Assembly (NCBI GenBank): GCA_964562405.1
Contig: CAZLTC010000009.1
Span: 1 to 60,490, forward strand
Direction of reading: 5' to 3'
Source of the DNA: an uncultured bacterium
GTDB lineage: Bacteria; Joyebacterota; Joyebacteria; Joyebacterales; Joyebacteraceae
Length of the DNA stretch: 60,490 bases
Part shown: positions 41,981-50,506 of the stretch, in pieces
Layout of the letters: each line of letters starts with the position of its first letter
Numbering within the stretch: position 1 is the first letter of the stretch
Notes under the pieces: model-generated
Databases searched by the model: none
What the model was told of the DNA's origin: nothing
Seen by the model: the letters and a program-made list of their open reading frames with translations, nothing else
Position numbers and translations under genes: made by a program

Positions 41981-43119
41981 CGCCCCTCCTCCGCCATCGA
42001 GAGCGCCATGCGTGCCACCCGCTCGCTCGCGCCCGGTTCTCCCAACGCGTTTCTCACGTCGATGAGTCTGCGAGAGGTTCGCGCCACGAGTTCGCCGTCC
42101 ACGAGGAACGGCCTGACGCGTGCCGCCAGAACCTGCGGGCGCGCGTCGCCCTGGATGACCTCGGGCACCACCTCCTCGCCCGCGATCACATTGACGAGGC
42201 CGATGTGCGGGATGCGGACCATGGACCTCGCGAGAGCGTACGACAGCGCCGAGGTGCGATACATTATCACCATCGGCGTTCCAGCACACGCCGCCTCGAG
42301 GGTCGCCGTGCCCGAGGCGACTATGAGCGCGGTAGCTCTCGACATCAGGCCGTGGACTCCGTCCGGCGGCACCAGGGTCACACCATCCATGTCGGCTCTT
42401 CCGATCGACGAGACCCACGCCGCGTCGACGCCGCGCGCCAAACCCACGCTCACGTGAAGTCCCGGGACGTCCCTGCGGAGCGATCGCGCCGCGCGAAGCA
42501 TGACGCTCAGGTGCCTCAGTATCTCCTGACGCCTGCTGCCCGGAAGGAGACCCAGCACCAAAGGGTCGCCCAGGCCGGTCCTGGGCCCCTCTATCCCCGC
42601 GACCCACGGCTCCTCCAGCAGCGGGTGCCCGACGAACTCGACGTCGACGCCGCGCCGCGCGTAGAAGTCCGCCTCGAAGGGGAGTATGACGGCCATACGG
42701 TCCACGCGTTCCGCGATCTTCCGAACGCGACCCTCCCCCCAGGCCCAGACCTGCGGGCTGATGTAGTAGAGCACGCGAATGCCCGCCGCACGCAGCCGAC
42801 GGGCAAGTATGAGATTGAAGCCGGGATAGTCTATGAGGACGGCGACGCGTGTCCCGCGCCGCGCGGCCTGGCGGACCAGCTCATCCATCGCACGCCTGAG
42901 CCTCGGCACGTGGCGGACGATCTCGACGAACCCGACCATCGAGAAGTCGTCCGACCTGAAGACCGGTTCGGCCCCGGCCGCGACCATGCGTTCGCCGGCC
43001 ACGCCGTAAACGCGCAGCTCGGGCGCGAGCTCCTGAAGGTGGCTCACCACCTTCGCTCCGTGAAGGTCTCCGGAGGTCTCCCCGGCGACCATCAGGATGC
43101 TCCCGTGCTCTGTGGCCAT
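41977..43119 (-). CDS. lpxB: Lipid-A-disaccharide synthase
   Basis: Motifs: ILMVAGETSGDLHGAKVV, VLIDYPGFNLILARRL, VLYYISPQVWAWGEGR, LLPGSRRQEI, ASGTATLEAACAGTPMVIMYR. GGGAGG SD. Confidence 0.9.
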   Translation of the reverse strand: MATEHGSILMVAGETSGDLHGAKVVSHLQELAPELRVYGVAGERMVAAGAEPVFRSDDFSMVGFVEIVRHVPRLRRAMDELVRQAARRGTRVAVLIDYPGFNLILARRLRAAGIRVLYYISPQVWAWGEGRVRKIAERVDRMAVILPFEADFYARRGVDVEFVGHPLLEEPWVAGIEGPRTGLGDPLVLGLLPGSRRQEILRHLSVMLRAARSLRRDVPGLHVSVGLARGVDAAWVSSIGRADMDGVTLVPPDGVHGLMSRATALIVASGTATLEAACAGTPMVIMYRTSALSYALARSMVRIPHIGLVNVIAGEEVVPEVIQGDARPQVLAARVRPFLVDGELVARTSRRLIDVRNALGEPGASERVARMALSMAEEGR

Positions 43120-43164
43120 GTCCCGCCTCCCGAAAGACGCGAGACGATCAGACGGGCCGGCGCA

Positions 43165-44148
43165 CTAGGCAGCGCGCCTCTGCTGCGCCGCGATCTGACC
43201 GAGGATCTCGAGAACGACCCTGAGAGCCTTGAGGCCGTCCTCACCCGAGACCACGGGTCTGGTCCCGCCGGTCACGGCCTCCACGAACGAAGCCAGCTCC
43301 AGCTTCAGCGGCTCCGTCGTATCCAGAGCCAGGTCCTCGTAGTCGACGACGTCAGACAACCCCCCCGGCATCTCGCCGGACGCCAGTCGGACGAGGAGCT
43401 CGGGCGACAGGTCCTTCTTCCTGAAGACCTGGGCCCTGGGGGCCATGCAATCGACGGTGATGTAGGCGTCCGGCTGGAAGAACCGAATCTTCCGAACCTT
43501 CTCCCGCGAGGCTCTGCTGGCAGTCACGTTGGCAATGCATCCGCTCTCGAAACCGATCCGCGCGTTCGCGATGTCGACCGACGGGGACAGTACGGGCACC
43601 CCCACGGCGCTGATGTTCGAGACTTCCGAATCGACGGTCGCCAGGATGAGATCTATGTCATGTATCATCAAGTCGAGCACGACCGCAACGTCGGTCCCGC
43701 GCGGCACGAACGTGGCCAGCCGGTGCGCCTCGATGAATCTCGGACCGGAGAGCACCTGAAGCGCCGCACGTATGGCGGGGTTGAACCTCTCGATGTGCCC
43801 CACCTGAACGACCAGTCCTCGGGCGCCAGCCGCTTCGACTATGTCGGTCGCCTCCTCCACCGTCGTGGCGATGGGCTTCTCTATCAGCACGTGCACACCC
43901 GCGTCGATGCACTCGCGCGCCACCGAGTGGTGGTCCGTGGTCGGCACGGCGACGCTCACGGCATCGACGGCCGCGAGAAGCGACCCGATGTCCGCGTACG
44001 CGGTACCCCCGTGCTCGGCCGCGGCCTTCTCCGCTCGCGCCGCGTCCGTGTCGAACACGCCGACGAGCCTGCAGTCCGGAAGCTCGGAGTAGACCCTCGC
44101 GTGGTGCTGACCGAGATGCCCGACGCCGACGACTCCCACCTTCAGCAA
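43165..44148 (-). CDS. Gfo/Idh/MocA family NAD(P)-dependent oxidoreductase
   Basis: Track ORF trimmed to TTG 44148, which has GGAGG 5 nt upstream. LKVGVVGVGHLGQHHARVY is the Rossmann motif. EKPIATTVEEA is the family EKP motif. It sits between lpxA and lpxB. Confidence 0.75.
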   Translation of the reverse strand: MLKVGVVGVGHLGQHHARVYSELPDCRLVGVFDTDAARAEKAAAEHGGTAYADIGSLLAAVDAVSVAVPTTDHHSVARECIDAGVHVLIEKPIATTVEEATDIVEAAGARGLVVQVGHIERFNPAIRAALQVLSGPRFIEAHRLATFVPRGTDVAVVLDLMIHDIDLILATVDSEVSNISAVGVPVLSPSVDIANARIGFESGCIANVTASRASREKVRKIRFFQPDAYITVDCMAPRAQVFRKKDLSPELLVRLASGEMPGGLSDVVDYEDLALDTTEPLKLELASFVEAVTGGTRPVVSGEDGLKALRVVLEILGQIAAQQRRAA

Positions 44149-44237
44149 ACCGACCTCCAGGTATGAGGATGCGGGGCCATGGAACGCGTTTCCGCGCTGG
44201 GAACCGCGTTCCACGTCCGAGAGGAGCGCCACTGCGA

Positions 44238-45011
44238 CTACTTGATGATCCCTCTCTGCGAGTCTTCGATGAACTTGATCAGGCCCTCCACCTCCGAGCA
44301 AGTGGTCACCTCGTCGCGTATGCGGCGGAGCGCCTGTGTGGTATTCAGGTCAGAGAGATAGAGCAGGCGATAGCACTGGCGGAGCTTGTTCAGCGTGTCC
44401 TCGGCAAACCCCCGCCTCAGGAGCCCGACCGTGTTGACCTCGATAGGACGCGTTGGAACGCCACCGATCTTGAAGTAGGGCGGCACGTCCTTCGACACGC
44501 GGCACGCCCCCCCCACGTAGCTGTGGATGCCTATGCGAACGAACTGCTGCACGGCTGTCATGCCGCCTATGATCGCGTAGCTGTCCACCGAGACGTGACC
44601 CGCCAGGTTCACCGCGTTCACGATGACGACGTGGTCGCCGATGATGCAGTTGTGGGCTATGTGGGCGTAGGCCATGACGAGGCAGTCGCTGCCGACCACG
44701 GTGCTCTCGCCCGGGTCCGTGGCGCGGTTGATCGTTGAGAACTCGCGGATCGTCGTGCGGTCGCCGATCGTCAGGTGAGTCTCTTCGCCCCCGTACTTGA
44801 GATCCTGCGGATCTGTGCCGACCACGGCGCCGTGGCAGATCGTGCAGTCCTCGCCTATCGTGGTGTTGCGCTCGACGAGCGCCATCGAGCCGATCGTCGA
44901 CCCTCGCCCGACGGTGACGTTGGGACCGACGATCGCGAACGGTTCGATCACCGCGTCCGGGGCCAGCACGGCGCTCTCGTGGACAACTGCTCTAGCATCG
45001 ACACGTGTCAT
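44238..45011 (-). CDS. lpxA: Acyl-ACP:UDP-N-acetylglucosamine O-acyltransferase
   Basis: 257 aa with left-handed beta-helix hexapeptide repeats (IEPFAIVGPNVTVGRGSTIGS...). C-terminal helical domain: PTRPIEVNTVGLLRRGF, ALRRIRDEV. Confidence 0.9.
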   Translation of the reverse strand: MTRVDARAVVHESAVLAPDAVIEPFAIVGPNVTVGRGSTIGSMALVERNTTIGEDCTICHGAVVGTDPQDLKYGGEETHLTIGDRTTIREFSTINRATDPGESTVVGSDCLVMAYAHIAHNCIIGDHVVIVNAVNLAGHVSVDSYAIIGGMTAVQQFVRIGIHSYVGGACRVSKDVPPYFKIGGVPTRPIEVNTVGLLRRGFAEDTLNKLRQCYRLLYLSDLNTTQALRRIRDEVTTCSEVEGLIKFIEDSQRGIIK

Positions 45012-45023
45012 CGGGTTCTCCGC

Positions 45024-46331
45024 CTATCTGTCGACGACCTGAGACCAGAGTTCTCCGTCGGCGACAAGTTCTCCCCTGACGTAGGCGGACGCGTGCATAC
45101 GGCAGGTGCCTCGACGCAGGTTCAGAAGCTCCAGCTCGAACCGGACGGTGTCGCCCGGCCTGACAGGCCTCCGGAACCTCGCATTGTCGATCCTCATGAA
45201 GTAGACGAGCTTAGACTCCCTGTCATCGACCCTCGACAGGAGAAGGAACCCTCCCACCTGAGCCATCGCCTCCACGAGCAGGACCGCGGGCACGATCGGA
45301 TGCCCGGGGAAGTGCCCGGCGAAGAACCACTCGTTCATCGTGAAGTTCTTCTCGCCCACCACCCGCTTGTCATCCAGTTCCAGGATCCTGTCGACGAAGA
45401 GGAACGGATAGCGGTGCGGCATGATCTGTTCGATCGCGCCGATGTCCCAGCTGGTCGTGTCGCCGTGCTTGATCTTCCCGCGCTTGATCGACCGGCGCAG
45501 CAACTCGACGAAACGCACGTTAGTGGCGTGACCTGACTTCGACGCGTAAACGTGTCCCTTGATCGGCTTGCCGAGCAGCGCCAGGTCACCCAGCAGGTCG
45601 AGGATCTTGTGCCTCACGAACTCGTCCGGGAAACGCAGATCGCTCTTGTTGACGATCCCATCATCGCCGACGACGATGGCGTTATCGAGGCTCCCGCCCT
45701 TTATGAGCCCCCGCTTCTGCAGGTCCTCCACGTCTCGCGCCAGCGCGAACGTGCGCGCCGGAGCTATCTCGTTGAGGAAGGTGTCCTCGGTGATCTCGAA
45801 GCTCGCGAACTGCGTTCCTATTGTCGGGTTGGAGTAGTCGATCGTGAACGACAGGCGGAATCCGTCGTGCGGCGAGGCCACGATGTGCACGTCACCCTCG
45901 TCGTAAGCGACCGGCTCCACGATCTCCAGGTACTGGAGCGCCGCGTCCTGCTGCTTGAGCCCCACTTCACGGAGAATGTCCACGAACGGCTTGCAGCTTC
46001 CGTCGGTCGGCTCGGCCGGCTCGTCCGAGTCGAGCTCGACGACGGCGTTGTCGACGCCTAGCCCGACGAGAGCCGCCAGCACGTGCTCCACGGTGTACAG
46101 ACGCACTGGGCCCTGCGCCAGGGTCGTCCTTCGCGGGTAGTCGGCGCTCTGTACGACGCAACCGATGGAGGCCGGTATCATCGGAGCGCCCGGCAGGTCG
46201 ATGCGCGCGAACACGATGCCTGAGTCCGGCGGCGCCGGCTTGAACGTGACCGTCGACCCCATCCCCGTGTGGATCCCGACGCCCGTGTACGAGCACTCGC
46301 CCTTGAGCGTCTGCTGGCGCTCTCTGGCCAT
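45024..46331 (-). CDS. lpxC: Bifunctional UDP-3-O-acyl-GlcNAc deacetylase / 3-hydroxyacyl-ACP dehydratase
   Basis: Trimmed to ATG 46331 (TGATG junction with the lpxD stop). LpxC part: RQQTLKGECSYTGVGIHTG, YTVEHVLAAL, DEFVRHKILDLLGDLALLG, SGHATN. FabZ part: IMPHRYPFLFVDRI, FFAGHFPGHPIVPAVLLVEAMAQVGG. Confidence 0.9.
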   Translation of the reverse strand: MARERQQTLKGECSYTGVGIHTGMGSTVTFKPAPPDSGIVFARIDLPGAPMIPASIGCVVQSADYPRRTTLAQGPVRLYTVEHVLAALVGLGVDNAVVELDSDEPAEPTDGSCKPFVDILREVGLKQQDAALQYLEIVEPVAYDEGDVHIVASPHDGFRLSFTIDYSNPTIGTQFASFEITEDTFLNEIAPARTFALARDVEDLQKRGLIKGGSLDNAIVVGDDGIVNKSDLRFPDEFVRHKILDLLGDLALLGKPIKGHVYASKSGHATNVRFVELLRRSIKRGKIKHGDTTSWDIGAIEQIMPHRYPFLFVDRILELDDKRVVGEKNFTMNEWFFAGHFPGHPIVPAVLLVEAMAQVGGFLLLSRVDDRESKLVYFMRIDNARFRRPVRPGDTVRFELELLNLRRGTCRMHASAYVRGELVADGELWSQVVDR

Positions 46332-47368
46332 CACTCCTCCTCGAGGTCTCTCATTCTTCTCTCGAGCTCGCGCACCCTCCGAAAGAGCGTGGGCAGCCCC
46401 TGGACGCACGCGATGAGTCTCTTCGTCACTCTGTGGCCGCGGGCGGGGTATCCAGACACGACCGCGCCCGCGGGGATGGATCCCGTGACGCCGGACTGGG
46501 CGCCCACGACGGCCCCATCACCTATCGCCAGATGTCCCGCCACGCCTGCCTGCCCCGCCAGAACGACGTTGCTCCCGATCTCAGTGCTGCCGGAGATCCC
46601 GACCTGAGCCACTATGATAGACCCCTCGCCCACCACGACGTTGTGGCCTATCTGAACGAGGTTGTCTATCTTCGTGCCCCGGCCGATCCTCGTCTCGCCG
46701 ATCGTCGCCCTGTCGATGCAAACGTTCGAGCCTACCTCGACGTCGTCCTCGATCACCACGGTTCCCAGCTGCGGCACTTTCCTGTGGTCGCAGCCCGTGC
46801 CGCCGAGTGCGAACCCGAAACCGTCGGTGCCCACCACCGTGCCGGAGTGGATGATCACCCGATCGCCCAGCCAGCAGCCCGCCTTGAGCGTCACGTTGGA
46901 ATGGACTACGCAATCGCGCCCGATGCTGACGCCCTGCCCCAGGTAGACCCCGGGATGCAGCACGGACCCATGCCCGACGCGGACGTTCATCATCACGACG
47001 ACGTTCGGTCCGATGGAGACGCGTTCACCCAGCGTCGCCGAAGGATCGACGACCGCCCTGTCATCCACGCCCTCGAAACTCTCCTCCCGGCACGGGACGA
47101 GGATCTCCATGGCCCGCGCGAACGCGGCGTAGGCATCATCGACGACCAGGAGCGGCATGGAGACGCCCGAGGCGCTGTGCGCCCTGCCCACGACGACGGC
47201 CGACGCCTTCGTCGATGCCATGTACTGCTCGTACTTCGGATTGGACAGGAAGGTAAGCTCGCCGCGCGAGGCTTCCCTTATCCCGGCGACACCGGTGAGA
47301 ATGACCGTGCCGTCACCCACGACCTCGCCGCCGACGAGCGCGGAAAGTTCACTCAGGGTCATGCTCAT
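46331..47368 (-). CDS. lpxD: UDP-3-O-acylglucosamine N-acyltransferase
   Basis: MSMTLSELSALVGGEVVGDG...LTFLSNPKYEQY, followed by long hexapeptide-repeat (LbH) arrays and a C-terminal helix. Confidence 0.9.
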   Translation of the reverse strand: MSMTLSELSALVGGEVVGDGTVILTGVAGIREASRGELTFLSNPKYEQYMASTKASAVVVGRAHSASGVSMPLLVVDDAYAAFARAMEILVPCREESFEGVDDRAVVDPSATLGERVSIGPNVVVMMNVRVGHGSVLHPGVYLGQGVSIGRDCVVHSNVTLKAGCWLGDRVIIHSGTVVGTDGFGFALGGTGCDHRKVPQLGTVVIEDDVEVGSNVCIDRATIGETRIGRGTKIDNLVQIGHNVVVGEGSIIVAQVGISGSTEIGSNVVLAGQAGVAGHLAIGDGAVVGAQSGVTGSIPAGAVVSGYPARGHRVTKRLIACVQGLPTLFRRVRELERRMRDLEEE

Positions 47369-47406
47369 TCGCCGGCTCCCCGGCCGTCCCGACGAGCTCG
47401 GATCGG

Positions 47407-47946
47407 CTACTCGGTACCGCGGTTCAGCTTGTCTATGACTACCTGAGTGAGATCGGCCGCCGGATCGCCGTAGACGATCACGGCGCCCGGAGCCGCACCT
47501 GCGGCATCCAGTATCATCAGGTACTCATCCTCGGTCCCGATACCCTCCAGGATCGTGTTGATCCTGTCTATGACCGGCTGCCAGAGCTCCGCTTCGCGGC
47601 GGACGGCAAGCCCGCCGGAACCCCACACATCGTTAACGAAGCTCTCATACTCGGCGCGCTTCTGTTGGATGGAGTCCTGCTTCTGGCGAACCGCCTCGTC
47701 CGACAGCATGAGCTCCTGGCTCTTGAGCTCGTTCATGAGGCCGTCGATCTCGGACTCCATTGCGCGTGCCTGCTCTCTCCAGTCGGCCACCGAGGCGTTG
47801 ACCTGACTCTCAATGTCCTTGGCGCCTTCGTATTCGTTCAGGATGCGCTCCGAATTGATGTACCCGATCTTCTCGGCCGCCGACGCGGGCGTCGCGACCA
47901 GGAGCGCAACGGCTGCTGCTGAAACAAGGACCCCTGTGTATCTCAA
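47407..47946 (-). CDS. skp: Periplasmic chaperone Skp/OmpH
   Basis: TTG 47946 with GGAGG 6 nt upstream. Signal peptide ...ATPASA/AEK. KIGYINSERIL, then a coiled-coil-rich 179-aa protein. It sits between bamA and lpxD. Confidence 0.8.
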   Translation of the reverse strand: MRYTGVLVSAAAVALLVATPASAAEKIGYINSERILNEYEGAKDIESQVNASVADWREQARAMESEIDGLMNELKSQELMLSDEAVRQKQDSIQQKRAEYESFVNDVWGSGGLAVRREAELWQPVIDRINTILEGIGTEDEYLMILDAAGAAPGAVIVYGDPAADLTQVVIDKLNRGTE

Positions 47947-47978
47947 TGGAACCTCCGTTCATGGAGCAGAGGGCGAAA

Positions 47979-50387
47979 CTAGTAGTCGAGTCCGAACTGG
48001 TAATGCACCACCCAGTCGCCGCCCTTCTCGTCATCAAAGCCGTAGCCCATATCCACGCCCACGTTGCCCAGTATCGGGATCTCGACACGGACGCCGAAAC
48101 CGGCACCGACGTAGAGCTTGGTGATGTCGGTGTCTGCCTTCGATTGCCACGTGTTGCCCGCATCGACGAAGACGAGTGCGTAGATCGGAAGCTGGTCGCT
48201 CTCGTTCGTTATCGGCAGCTTGAGCTCGGCCGAGCCCAACAGCATGGTCCTTCCGCCGTACAGGTCCGAGCCCTCGGGCAGGATCGAGCGATTATCGTAT
48301 CCTCGAATGCCGTTCACCCCGACTCCGCCCAGTTCGAACCTCGTGTCGTCCGGAACCGTCGTGGGGTCACCGTAGCCCGTCACGATACCGGTGCGCCCCC
48401 TCAGCATGAGCGTCGTTCCCCAGAGCGACGGGATGAACTTCCGCGTGTCGATCACGTAGCGTTGGTACTCGACATCCCCGCCGAACACGCCACCGAAGAG
48501 GTCGGCCGTGAACCTCGTGTAGCTTCCCAGCCTCGGATGGAAACGGCGATCGGTCGTCCTGCGCGCCAACGTCGTGGTCAGACCGCTCCTCCACTCCCAA
48601 CCGTTGTTCACGGCGATGTAGTCGTTGGTCTCGGTGTCGACGACGATCTCGTTGGTATCGGTCACTGCGGACTCGATCCTCGCGTACTCCCTGAGCTTGT
48701 ACTGCTCCAGCGTGTACTTCGCGTACATCTGCGTGTAACGAGAGCCGAAGAACGGCCAGCCGACACGCAGGTCGCCGCCGCGACGTTCGCGCTCGACAAC
48801 GTAATACCTGTCGCAGTTCTCGCAGTTGACCACGTCATCGTACGAGCTGTTGTCCTCGAAGGCGTTGTCGTAGAACTCGACCGGGAGCGATGAATACGAG
48901 CGTTTGTCGTCGGTGTCGTAGACGTCGAATCCGACGGACAGCTGCCGGTTCAGGAACCAGGGCTCGGTGAACCCGAGCACGACCTCGGAGCTCTTCTTGC
49001 CGAACTCCCATTTGAGGTCCAGGTACTGCCCGTTCCCGAACAGGTTGCCCTCCGAAAGCTCCAGGAAGCCCGTTATGCCCTTCTCGCTCGTGTGTGAGAT
49101 ACCGACGCCCGCCTTGCCCGTCTGGCGCTCCTCGACCGTGAAGATGAGGTCGACGTCGTTCGGGTTCCGGCTCTCGGCGAACTCCACACCCGGGCCGTTG
49201 AAGAATCCCAGGTTGCCGATCCGCCTCTGGCTCGCGATGATCTCGCTGGTGCGGTAGAGATCGCCGGGTTTGACGCTCAACTCGCGCCTGATGACTCGTT
49301 CCTTGGTTCGCTCGTTGCCCGCGATGCGGATCTCGCCGATCCTGGCGGGGTCGGACTCGTCGACATGGAACGTGATCCTGACCTGGTCGCCGTCCTCCAC
49401 GTCCTCCACCTTGACGATCCGCGCGTGGATGTACCCGCGCTCGCCGTACCAGCTGTAGGCGTCCAGGATCGTCTCGTCGGCGAGCGGAGGCTTGTACGTG
49501 TCGCCGGCCTCGAGCTTCGTCAGATCGTGGAGGGCGTCCGCGGCGAAGTCCGAAGCACCCACCCACTCGACACCCGAGACCTCGTACAGCGAGCCCTCCT
49601 TGATGTTGATCGTCACGTCGACCTGCTCGCCGGACTCGTCGTACCGGGTCTCATAGCCCGTGGCCTTGGCGTCGATGTAGCCTTCCTGGCGGTAGCGGTC
49701 GGTGATCAGCTTGAGATCACCCTCAAGGACGTCCTTGTCCAGAAAGGCATTGGTCCGCCACCACCTGTCCTCCTTGGTCTTCATCGCCTTCTTGAGGTCG
49801 ACGCCCTCTATGACGCTGTTTCCCTTGAAGGATATGTGCTTCACCGTCACGCGCGTGTTCTCGGCTATGTCGAGCACGATGCGCACGGCGTTGCCGGGGG
49901 CGTCCTCGACCGTGGCGTCGACGGTCGCATAGGGATACCCCTTTGTCTCGTATATCTTGAGCATTGCGACCCGCGTGTCCTCGAGCGCGCTCGAGTCGTA
50001 GGGTGCGCCGCGCTTCACCTTGATGGCCGGCTCGAGGTCAGACTCGTCGACGCGATCGTTCCCTCTGAGCTCGACCGCAGCTATCCTCGGCCTCTCCTGG
50101 ACGGAGACGACGAGACTGAGGCCGCCCTCATCGCTCGCATCAGAGAGCACCTGAACGTCCGAGAAGTCACCCAGGGCGTAGAGCCTCCTGATGCCATCCC
50201 TCACCGTCTCGATCGACAGCTCCTCGCCGATCCGCACTCCCAGAGTCAGGAGGATGCGGTCGGAGGAGACGGTATCGTTTCCCTCAACGCGTATCGAATC
50301 GACCATTTGAGCGGCCGCTCCCGATGCCATGACCAGAACGACCAGCGCGGCCAGGGCCAAGGGCAGACGACCCTTGCAGTGCAGCAT
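47979..50387 (-). CDS. bamA: Outer membrane protein assembly factor BamA
   Basis: Trimmed to ATG 50387 (GGAGG 6 nt upstream). Signal peptide MLHCKGRLPLALAALVVLVMASGAAAQ. POTRA repeats follow (IRVEGNDTVS.., VELRGNDRVDE.., ISFKGNSVIE.., IRIAGNERTKE..). The C-terminal 16-strand barrel ends ..HYQFGLDY. Confidence 0.9.
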   Translation of the reverse strand: MLHCKGRLPLALAALVVLVMASGAAAQMVDSIRVEGNDTVSSDRILLTLGVRIGEELSIETVRDGIRRLYALGDFSDVQVLSDASDEGGLSLVVSVQERPRIAAVELRGNDRVDESDLEPAIKVKRGAPYDSSALEDTRVAMLKIYETKGYPYATVDATVEDAPGNAVRIVLDIAENTRVTVKHISFKGNSVIEGVDLKKAMKTKEDRWWRTNAFLDKDVLEGDLKLITDRYRQEGYIDAKATGYETRYDESGEQVDVTINIKEGSLYEVSGVEWVGASDFAADALHDLTKLEAGDTYKPPLADETILDAYSWYGERGYIHARIVKVEDVEDGDQVRITFHVDESDPARIGEIRIAGNERTKERVIRRELSVKPGDLYRTSEIIASQRRIGNLGFFNGPGVEFAESRNPNDVDLIFTVEERQTGKAGVGISHTSEKGITGFLELSEGNLFGNGQYLDLKWEFGKKSSEVVLGFTEPWFLNRQLSVGFDVYDTDDKRSYSSLPVEFYDNAFEDNSSYDDVVNCENCDRYYVVERERRGGDLRVGWPFFGSRYTQMYAKYTLEQYKLREYARIESAVTDTNEIVVDTETNDYIAVNNGWEWRSGLTTTLARRTTDRRFHPRLGSYTRFTADLFGGVFGGDVEYQRYVIDTRKFIPSLWGTTLMLRGRTGIVTGYGDPTTVPDDTRFELGGVGVNGIRGYDNRSILPEGSDLYGGRTMLLGSAELKLPITNESDQLPIYALVFVDAGNTWQSKADTDITKLYVGAGFGVRVEIPILGNVGVDMGYGFDDEKGGDWVVHYQFGLDY

Positions 50388-50419
50388 CACATACCTCCAC
50401 GAAGGGGGGTCGAACCGGC

Positions 50420-50449
50420 ATGGTAGCATGCGGCCCACGACATTGTAAA
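50420..50449 (-). promoter_or_regulatory. Sigma70-type promoter ahead of bamA: TTTACA-N15-TGc-TACCAT
   Basis: - strand: TTTACA (50449->50444), an 18-nt spacer ending in TGC, then TACCAT (50425->50420). It lies about 30 nt upstream of the bamA ATG and SD. Confidence 0.45.
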
Positions 50450-50506
50450 CGGAAAGTTAGGTGGCGGAACTTGTCTCCAGTGAAGCTGTTACGCAGAGCA
50501 GGCGCA

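Noticed and set aside
42205-44166. 653-aa + strand ORF, the longest antisense ORF. Others of this kind are at 13508-15070, 22610-24160, 50780-52561, 54230-55744 and 10522-11571.
   Set aside because: All lie opposite strongly supported - strand genes (lpxB/oxidoreductase, GT-C, GT4s, tamB, clpC, ExeA-like). All have Arg/Asp/His/Gly/Pro-biased, motif-free sequences. High GC suppresses stop codons in the antisense frames.
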